Origin: Trichinella spiralis
Lineage: Eukaryota
Assembly: GCF_000181795.1 (NCBI RefSeq)
Contig: NW_003526947.1
Location: 1,162,029 to 1,184,896, forward strand
DNA: 22,868 nt
Direction of reading: 5' to 3'
A program made the position numbers and the translations under genes. Each line of letters begins with the position of its first letter. Positions within the stretch are counted from its first letter, which is position 1. The notes below the pieces were generated by a model. That model was not told the origin of the DNA. It made no database searches and saw nothing but the letters and a program-made list of their open reading frames with translations. Below, one piece after another: positions 11,568 through 21,049 of the stretch.

Positions 11568-12295
11568 TTTCACAAATCAAATTAATTCTGTAAATCATAA
11601 AATATTAATCATACAATTCGATGTAGTTCAACATGTTCTAACAACAAAAAATTAAAACTGCAAAAAGTCAAAGAATCTTATACATACATTCCCAAGATAA
11701 TATGACAATCGTCTGCCGATAAAGTTAACAGTAATGTACTGTAACAGTAAATGATGAGTATGTTTAGCTATTTTAAAGCTAATTTAATGAAATTTACATA
11801 TCGCATTTAATGATACAATAAAATATTGTGATGCTGTCAATTTATTTAGAAATAAAACATAAAGGCTTTCTTTTTTAAATAAAAATGCAAAAAATTTAAA
11901 AAAGAAATAAAAAGATAAATCATTTATGTATGATTATATAAAACACAAAGAAAATATTTTTTATACATACTCCCTTTTAAGTTAAGTCATAAAATGCGAG
12001 CAATTTTGCAAGATTTGCAATAGTTTACATTTTTTTCATTATTGCTAATATGAACTTAAATTTGATCAAACTTTTTATCAAATTATTTAATATATTCGAG
12101 TAGGTCAGGTGCATCGTCATAAAATAAATAACAAATTCAATGAAAATGAAGTGTTTCACAATTATACTTGCATATAATTTATATTACTGTAGTAAAGCAG
12201 ATTCTTCATTTGTAACGACCCGCCGGTTGTATACACATTGATCACATTGATCTAAGCATACAGAGTATTTAAAATTTTCATCAGATACAGGGAAA
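11568..12295. promoter_or_regulatory. Probable bidirectional promoter region between PRRC1 and DDX18-like
   Basis: Head-to-head start codons separated by 728 nt of AT-rich sequence with TACTGTA/ACAGTA motifs at 11737-11749 and 12185-12192. Confidence 0.5.
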
Positions 12296-14825
12296 ATGTC
12301 AACGAAAGCAAAATGTATATAAAGTTTAGTTTATTGTTCAATTATTGATTTTGTTTATTCAGTAGAGAATAACGCATTGCGGAAACGAAATCTGAAGCGC
12401 AAGTTAAAAAAGAAGATGTTGCGTGAAAAATTGTCCAGCGAATTTGATGAAAACACTAAAACATTGCAAAAAGGTGAAACTTCAAAACTGGATAAGAAGA
12501 TGTCGCGTGAAAAATTGTCCAGCGAATTTAATGAAAACACTAAAATACTGAAAAAAGGTGAAACTTCAAAACTGGACAGTAGTAAGTGTGTATAAATGGC
12601 TTTTCTGAATTCTAATTTTTGTGGTATTGCATTACTGTCGTTTAAAACGATCAAAAAAAGTTGGAAGTGTGCCATTTTGTGTAACTTATTTTATCATTAT
12701 TTGAGATGTATAATTTATAATATTTGTATAAATAATGTTTTTTATAAAGTTAATGAATTGTTAATTTTCAATTAGTAATTTTTTGCGTAAAAGACGAGGA
12801 AAAGTTATTGAAATGATAAAATAACGTCTGAAATTTTAGTTGATCATTCTTTTGAATCAGTTGGTGGTATTATTTCGGAAAAAACTTTGAAAGCTATTTA
12901 TGACATGGGCTTCGAGAACATGACCGAAATTCAGGAGAAATGCATTATGAAAATTTTAAATGATGCGTAATTTGTTTTTTGTTTTGCAGTGAAGATTTTT
13001 TTAAAAGCAGGCATTCATTTTTCAGTAACAGATCACGCGATATTGTGGCAATGGCTAAAACTGGCAGTGGAAAAACACTTGCCTATTTAATCTTAGCTAT
13101 TGAGCAACTTGTACATAAAAAGTTTTCTCCAGACTTGGGTAACAAATGTTGTTTGGCATGCGCTTTTTGTTAAAATGACTTTATGTTTAGGAACAGGATG
13201 TATTGTGGTTTGTCCATCTAGAGAAATTTGCATACAAACTCATCAGGTGATGCAAGAAATGTTGAAATATTACGATTTCACTTGCGCCATTGTAATCGGC
13301 GGTTGCAGTCGTCAGAGAGAAGTGGAGAAGCTTTCTGCAGGCGCGACGTTTGTAATAGGCACGCCTGGTCGATTGCTTGACCATTTAGAAGTAAAAGTTT
13401 AATTTTCACATTGAAAATTTAAATAATGATTTTAATTTCAGAAAACAGATTTTCAATTTAAGAAGTTGAAATGTTTGATTATTGATGAGTTCGATCGAAT
13501 TATTGATACAAATCTTCATCGTGAAATGATGCAAATATTGCAGCTATTGCCCAGTAATTGATGCAAAGGTTTATTTCATCCTACTGTAATGATTTGCATT
13601 TTTACAGGAAAGCGACAGACGATGATATTTGGTGCGACAAGATCGAAATTGACATCCACTTTTGTAAAGGTTGCATTGCCGAATCGTCCAATATGCATCG
13701 GGAAACGTGATAAAGTTGAAGAACCTACTGTAGAAGGATTGCAACAGGTAAATATTAGAAGTTTATTTTTAGTAATTTTTTTTTGGTCAGAAATATAATT
13801 GTTGTTTCGTGGGTTGAATTTGAAAGAAAATGTAAACGTGAAAGAAAATTTATTTACGCAGGGTTATGTAATTTGTCCAGTGGAGAAGCGTTTTCACTTC
13901 TTGTACACATTTCTGCGCAGTAAGAAGCAGAAGAAAATTATGGTCTTTTTTTCTTCTTGCGCTTCGGTGAAATTTCACACTGAACTATTGCGCGTGTTGA
14001 ATTTTTCATTATTATCCATTCATGTAAGTAATTGTTATCAATGGAGTTGTTTCCTTAATTGTTTACTGAAAATCCACTAATACCATTCAGGGTAAACAAC
14101 AACAACAGAAACGAACAGAAACGTATCACCAATTTCGCGAACAACAGAGTGGCCTTCTGCTCTGCACGGATGTCGCTGCCAGAGGTTTGGATTTTTCAGG
14201 GGTCGATTGGATAGTGCAATACGATCCGCCGGACGATCCAAACGAATACATTCATCGTGTCGGTCGTACAGCCAGAGGTGAAGGAACCAAAGGGAACGCG
14301 ATACTAATTTTACAACCTTGCGAAAAACGCTTTCTGAAACATCTGAAGCAAGCGTCTGTTTTTGTGAGGCAGTTTAAATTTTCATGGAACAAAGTGGCCG
14401 ACATTCAAGACAGAGTAGAAAATCAAAGTTGGAAAATTGGTGTAAATTTGAAATATAATCGATTGATTCGTTCTAGTTGGAAAATTTGATCAACAACGAG
14501 TTCTTTTTGTGCATATCCGCAAAAGAAGCTTTCACTGGTTACGTTCGCGCTTATGAATCTCATCATATGAAAGATGTCTTCAATGTTCGTTCACTGGACA
14601 TTGGCTTGGTATCGAAATCGTTTGGATTTCGAACGCCGCTTTACATTGATCTTGGTTTGTGATGATATTTGTTGTCAACTTTTTCCATACTTTATTCACA
14701 TTTACCATATTGTAGAGAAAAGTGAGAAAAATGAAGGCTTACGATCAGTTGGTCGGAAAAAACAAATTCGCAAACAAGAAAATACTTTCATACAGATTCA
14801 ATCGAAAAAGAAAATTCGCGCGTAA
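12296..14825 (+). CDS. DDX18: DDX18/Has1/pitchoune-like DEAD-box RNA helicase with divergent motifs, about 565 aa, 11 exons
   Basis: Exons 12296-12314, 12363-12581, 12840-12966, 13032-13138, 13191-13390, 13442-13553, 13608-13747, 13862-14023, 14091-14414, 14477-14654, 14716-14825 (1698 nt). Q motif [101 protein letters not shown] and the C-terminal extension [19 protein letters not shown] point to the Has1/DDX18 subfamily. First and last exons are less certain. Confidence 0.88.
12410..12577 (+). repeat. Coding tandem duplication, 2 x 84 nt (28 aa)
   Basis: 12410-12493 versus 12494-12577 differ at 6 of 84 positions: [28 protein letters not shown] / [28 protein letters not shown]. Confidence 0.97.
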
Positions 14826-14977
14826 TTATTTTCCCCGACACGCCGCCATTTAACTAACGATTTCATTAGTTGAAAAAGTAAAGTTCCATTTATCTATTGG
14901 TTTATCATTTATTTTTATCCACAACTTGGTGTGGATAGACCAAATTTAATAACTACCCAATGCGCTTTTTTCAAGTT

Positions 14978-15630
14978 TCAGGCTTCGTGACAAGCTTGCA
15001 CCAGTGCTTCGTAAACTTCTACGGCTATTGCATTTTCCGCGGCAGCTTTCTCGTCTGTGGCACCACCATGGGACTGACTTTTCATTTTTTCCAATCCAGA
15101 CTCACATGCCTGAAAGAAACTTCACTCAAATGGCAACATTCATTGCATTTCTATGTTGCCTTTGTTACTTGCAAATCCAAATCGCTGACGTCGCACGCTT
15201 CTTCCGCTATTACCTGGACAGATGAATCTTCATTGATTGAAACAGTACCACTGCTTACTAAAAATTTAATTCGCGCGTCATAACAGACTTTCCGAAATAT
15301 TCGTACCGAAAAATTTTCTAATCATATCCTGTTCGTAAACACGCATAACTCCTGGTTTAAGAACACCAATTAACGGCACATGATTTGGGTAAATACCCAC
15401 TTCGCCGTCAATTGTGGGAACAGAAACTTGCTGCACATTACTTTGATTGTAGAAAACCTAAACATATACAGTGAAAAAACTTATCCTTTGGTAACAGAGC
15501 ATGATGTTGTAAAAAATACTTGAGATGGACAAGCGAACGTTAAAGAGATGTCCGCCGCTTCTTGGGCAAACTGCCTCACGGAAAACGTTCTGCTGCATGC
15601 TGTCAGACGAAAAATGTGCCGCAAAAACAT
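14978..15630 (-). CDS. ATP5F1D: Mitochondrial ATP synthase F1 subunit delta, about 160 aa, 4 exons
   Basis: Minus-strand exons 15630-15520, 15457-15307, 15257-15169, 15109-14978 (483 nt). Arg-rich presequence MFLRHIFRLTACSRTFSVRQFA, then LTFACPSQVFY, VSVPTIDGEVGIYPNHVPLIGVLKPG, FFVSSGTVSINEDSSVQVIAEEA and AENAIAVEVYEAL. Minus-strand AATAAA at 14913-14908. Confidence 0.95.
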
Positions 15631-16303
15631 CGCCAGCGTAGAACTTTTGTCACGGAAGCACAACACTAAACATAAAATAAGACTGACGAATCTATGAAAT
15701 TGAAATTAATATTTCTGGAACATTAACATGAGAAAGTTATCCATTATAATATTTATTGAAATATGCGAATAGTAATTTCAAAAAATTCAGTCGATGAATC
15801 AAATCAATTCGTAACTACCAAAGGTCGAATTCAGCGATTTCTTCGCAATCTACAAATTATTCTCTTCAGAAGTTCAACTAAAGGTGACCCAATATAGCCT
15901 AGCTCTTGATGGCATAAGTACTGTAAAACAATCAAGTTTGCATTTTATTACAACAACAAAACTGACCGTAATTAAAATTGTCTTAAAAGAATTTTATTCT
16001 ATATTGTTTATTTTTAAGTATTTACAAAATTTAAACTTTCAACAGCTGAATAAAATGCAGAAATATTTTATAAACTTATAGCAAAAAGTTATGTACACTG
16101 CTTAGACTATTTGATAGAAGTGTTTGAAATTTCTGTTTTTTATTGAAATTTTCAATCAAAATATCCATTACAACAGATATTTACTTGGCATTTTTTAATC
16201 AGTTAAAAATCAACGAGTACAAAATAATGCATACTTCTTTAATTACAGTACTCTGTTTACAGTATTTCCTGTTATTCACATTGGTTTTCTGAATTTATTC
16301 AAA
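15631..16303. promoter_or_regulatory. Probable bidirectional promoter region between ATP synthase delta and YIPF1
   Basis: Head-to-head ATGs separated by 673 nt; TACTGTA at 15919 and TACAGTA at 16244 and 16258. Confidence 0.5.
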
Positions 16304-17722
16304 ATGGCAAATGATCTATCTTTTCAAGGTAAAGTTCAATAATTTCGTTAATGTAAATTTTTAGAACTTTATTATTAATGAGTTTTCAGAATTTCCAGTT
16401 GATGTTGACGATGCCAGTGGATCAATGAATGATTTGGAAATGGCAATTTCCATGGATGGCACAAATTCATCAGTAAATTTATAAGCGTATTTTCTGTTTA
16501 AAGCTTGGGTTTTTTTAAATTAATTTCAGAACGATAATACAAACAAGCAGTCGTTTTGGTCAATTGATTATTATCAGCAGCTGTTTGATGTAGACACAGA
16601 TAAGGTGATTCATCGCTTGCTGTACAGCATGGTGCCACGTTTGAATTCCAATTATGTGACGCAAAATATAAGACCCAATCCAGATTTATATGGTAACTTT
16701 TTTGACATTTTTTCATGTCAGAATTATTTTTCTGTTTCTTGCAAACAATGATTAGCACCGTTAATTTATTTTTGTTGATGTGTTGTAATAATGTGATATA
16801 AATAAATAATGCAAGTTTATTTTTTTTAGGACCATTTTGGATTTCACTGACACTGTTGTTTACTACTGCTATATCAAACCAACTTGGAAACTTATTTGCT
16901 TTTGACGTGAATCGAACACATGGCGTTGTTAACTTTCGCATGAGTAAGTGTTTTACTGTGTTTTGTGCACTGTTAGTAATAAAACATTTTTAGTTACCCT
17001 TTTAGCTGGTGTTATTTTCTTTTATGTTTTTATGTTTCCTTTATTGTTACTGGTCTTCTCTTGGTGGCGAAAAGTAACTGATATGTATACCTTGGTAGAA
17101 GTAATTTGCGCCTACGGTTACTCTTTGACAATATACATTCCCATAACGGTGATATATTAAAAATAGATTGATGATAAAAACTACACGTAAAATATGTTCA
17201 GCTTTTGTGGGCAATTCACATTGATTGGTTGCGATGGATTTTAGCATTTTTTGGGCTGTTTTTATCTGGATCTGTTTTGGTAATTTCACTTTGGCCAGTG
17301 GTTCGAAAGTACAAATACATGGTTAGTTTGCATTTTACTCAGTTGAATTTGCATAACGCTGTTACAGTCAAAAATTTCAGATTTCTCTTGGAATTACTGG
17401 GTCAGTTATAATTATGCACACGCTTATTACTGTCATATTAAAAGTAAGTGAACTTTTGCTTGATGAAATTATGTTTCATAATTTTTATCATTTAATAAAA
17501 TTGTTGATCATTTTAAAATGAAAGTTTCATTTTGAAATAAATTTTATCACTTTAATAATCATGATTTTTTGTGACATTTTGTTATTCAATAATTATTAAC
17601 AGTATGCTTAACTGAATAGTGTAGTGTAATGATAGGTTAGCAGCATGTATACAAAAGGCTGGTAGAAAAAATTTCAGTTATTTATTGCAGTTTTTAATGC
17701 ACAACTATGGAAACGAAAATAA
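16304..17722 (+). CDS. YIPF1: Yip1 domain family Golgi membrane protein (YIPF1/2-like), about 255 aa; terminal exon uncertain
   Basis: Exons 16304-16328, 16390-16472, 16530-16692, 16830-16943, 16994-17148, 17202-17321, 17381-17443 and probably 17678-17722 (LFIAVFNAQLWKRK*). Motifs SFWSIDYYQQLFDVDT, IRPNPDLYGPFWISLTL, EVICAYGYSLTIYIP, LRW and SGSVLVISLWP, with five hydrophobic segments. Confidence 0.9.
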
Positions 17723-19489
17723 CATTTTATGTTTACTTATTTAAATTATGTCAAAACTGTAAGTAATTTTAAATCGGATAATTTTGATACATTTTATATA
17801 GGCATGCTGTGAAAATATCAGCGATTCACATTTGTTACATCTGCAACAAAGCAGCATTCAGAATGTTTCCAGGGTTGCATAACATTTGCTTTTGGGAATA
17901 CTCGTGCAGACCACGTTGCATTGCGAGCGAAGTTTTTGATGATTACTGTGAAATTATTATTCCTTCATAGAAAAAGTAAACATGGTACTGTTAGCTGTTA
18001 ACTGTTTCTATTTATTCCTAGCAAAATTCATCGCATTTGGAGAGATTTCTAATAGTCATTATTTGATTAAAACCGTTATATGCGAACTTTGCATAGCGTG
18101 GAACATGGAGAAAAAACTCAAAACACCTTCATGCTTTTAAAACGCACGTTCTTGCAATAAGGAATAAATCTAAAACAAGAGTGTAATGCATATGAATAAA
18201 GCATAATAATTCATAGAACGCGATTCTTTTGGTTTTGGCTCATTTTTTTATTTTAGAAAAGAATTTTCAATATAGTGGCACTTATTTAATGAACAAACTG
18301 AAAACCGATCTCATGGGTGGCTGTATGCTGCAAACCACAAGAGCTGTAAAAATTTCTTTACACCTTATTGTGATCATTAATGATTTTGACAAACTCTTAT
18401 TAACATAAGGTAAAAGTGAAGCTACAATTTTATCACTAGTTTCGTTATAATTTTCATTATTCTTATACATTTGTTGACAAACTTACTATTACTTTAATCG
18501 TTTATTATTGTCTTGAATTTATTACTTGGCAGCTTATTACTTTAATACTATGCAGACGCAGAATTTTGCGCAATCAAAATTTGCTGTATGAATTTTGGCA
18601 TTTATTTTGATATTTTTCATACAAATCAGGTTGCTTTTCATAATTATATAGCTCGTTGGTTTTACTCCATTCGATAATAGTAAAAATTATATTTTTACGA
18701 CTGAAATTTTTACAAACTAAATTAATTGCCTTGTTTATTTTACACTAATCGTATGTTGATTTTTCTTTGCCTATTACTATCAACCATTATTTTCCGTTCT
18801 TACTGACTGCATGTATATTGAATAATTTTACGAATGTTGAATTTTTCAACAAGTAAAGACTCACAATTTATTTCATATAATAAAATTTTAATGCAAATAT
18901 ATAAAATTAATTTAATCTGTTGAAATCGAAAGAAATATGAAATATCGATTTTATATTCAACACGTGTCCATATTTCTGTATGAAAACTGAGATGGTGTTC
19001 TGAAAAAGGTGATCTCTTGGAGCTTAAAAAATGAAATAGCTAGAAGCCCCAGTTTTGTTTCAGAAAATAAATACAGTACTGCAATGGAAGCCACGAAGAG
19101 CTTTGCGTAACAAAGACAACACAATTTTTTGCTATTGATTCTCAGTACAGAAGCAAATTCTTCTTTATTTTCAGAAATGAATGCGTAAAAATTTACATGT
19201 CATATCATACGGACATCATTATATCAATTTTTGTTTTCAGGTGATTGAAGTTATCGTCAGGTAATGTTCAATATTGATTATGCAATGCTAATTGCTGTGA
19301 TCATGTAACGACTTCATTTTCCGTTGCAACTTTCTTCAAATTAGAAATTCGATTGAAAAAAATCTGAGCATTCATTATGAACATTTAATTCATAACAAAT
19401 ATTACTGTTAAATATTTATGCCAAACATAATTTTTTCTTGTTAAACTTGAATTTGTAGTATATAACAAATAATAATTTCATAAAGTTCA

Positions 19490-20190
19490 TAATATAGCTT
19501 TTGTACTTTAAACAGATTGTAAGGAACCTTTATTCAGAGTGTAATAATAATAATAATTAATGTAATTTTACGAAATTTCAATAAATATTTTTTAATAAGT
19601 GCTATTTAAGTTAGATACTGTAATGGTAAAAATTTTAATATGCGTTTTTTCAATTAAGCAGACATAAACATGAAATGATGCAAGAAAATTATTACTTTGG
19701 ATGAGTTGTAATATAATAAATATGGATAATATTTTATATTTCATAAATAAGTTTCAATTTGCATAAATTCATAGTAATCAATAACATGCAGGAAAGCACA
19801 GCAGTAAACGATGATTTTGCTAATTAATGTCGTTATAGATAGTTTCAGAATTCATTGAAAATTAATGGAAAAGTTCAAAATGCAACGTTAGTACACCACT
19901 AAATCTTTTAGCTCTAAAATTAATAAGGCAAATCGCGCCGCTTGGAAATTGGCATTAAATTAAAACGACTTTATTATTCTTCATTAAAGATTCAAGATCA
20001 TTAATTAGAATGCTCAAAACACAATGTAAATACAAAAATGAGTTTTAGTGCAATTGAGTTGCGAACTAATTATGCAAAATTACGTTACTGCAATGAAAAT
20101 ATTCATAGTAAGCACTCTTATGTCCAGAAATGAGCATAAGTAATTGAAATTCAAAATGGTAAGTAGTTCAAGATATGAGTTGTAATTACT
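19490..20190 (+). repeat. Diverged direct repeat, copy A (homologous to about 21700-22530)
   Basis: Collinear anchors: AATTAAGCAGACATAAACAT 19652 / AATTAAGAAGACATAAACAT 21878; ATTGAAAATTAAT 19854 / 22084; CAACGTTAGT 19883 / 22113; ATTAGAATGCT 20004 / 22241; AAAAATGAG 20034 / 22269. Offset about 2226-2237 nt. Ends approximate. Confidence 0.8.
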
Positions 20191-21049
20191 CGAAAAAAAA
20201 GAAAGTGATTATTCAGAAGGCACAGTAATATTGAATGCAATGTGTGGCAGCATTTTCATGAGCGTCATTAGCAGGCGGCAATTTCTCGTCACTGAGGCAA
20301 CCACGTCGGCAGATGTATGCCATGTCTTGAGTGGATCGATGTGAACGATCTACATCAGGGCGCATCCTGTGGTGAAAATCAGGATGCCAGGCACGGGCTT
20401 CGAGGCTGAGAAGCTCACCAGTATTGCCAAGTAGGCCTGCTGTGGTACACAAGGAGGTGGAACGAACGGGTCTATCATGCACTAACACAATCCAAAATCT
20501 TCTAATAACAGAACAAAAAAAACAAAGAAGAGACTTTGAAAAAACAAAAAATAACACACAAAGCACGTGGAACATATGGAACACAAAGACGTTTCATTCT
20601 ATTTCATTTTTCATTTATTTGGTTATTTATGTGTTTTATTTTATTTTATGTTGATTTGTTGTATTATTTTTTATCCATCGAATGACACAACCAATTTCAC
20701 GCCAGATAAATTGTACCTGAAAATAGTGTCACGTTGCATTTCAATCTGACTACTCTGGATAATTCTCATCTCTGGAGCGTAATCAATCAAAGAATTGCGT
20801 GAACAAAGATTTTAATTTTGAAAGATACAGCAAAGCATAAATGAAAAGCAGGAACAACTGTTATTAAAACAAAACGTTATTTTTGGCTGAGGACATTGAA
20901 TTCCATTGTACAAATTAATGAAATGATTCTATATGCATATTTAATGGGCATGTCTGTTTTATATGTTTTCATCAGGGATGGTGCGGAAAAGTTCGTAGTA
21001 GTTTACTAATAATATCTGATCGAAATAAATCAATTGTTGTATTTTTTAG

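Noticed and set aside
12410..12577. CRISPR-like or mobile-element repeat
   Set aside because: Two adjacent in-frame coding units with no spacers, in a eukaryotic gene.
14960..16941. ORFs 14960-15283 (+), 15004-15225 (+), 15884-16081 (+) and 16498-16941 (-)
   Set aside because: Antisense shadows of ATP synthase delta and YIPF1, or AT-rich promoter noise.
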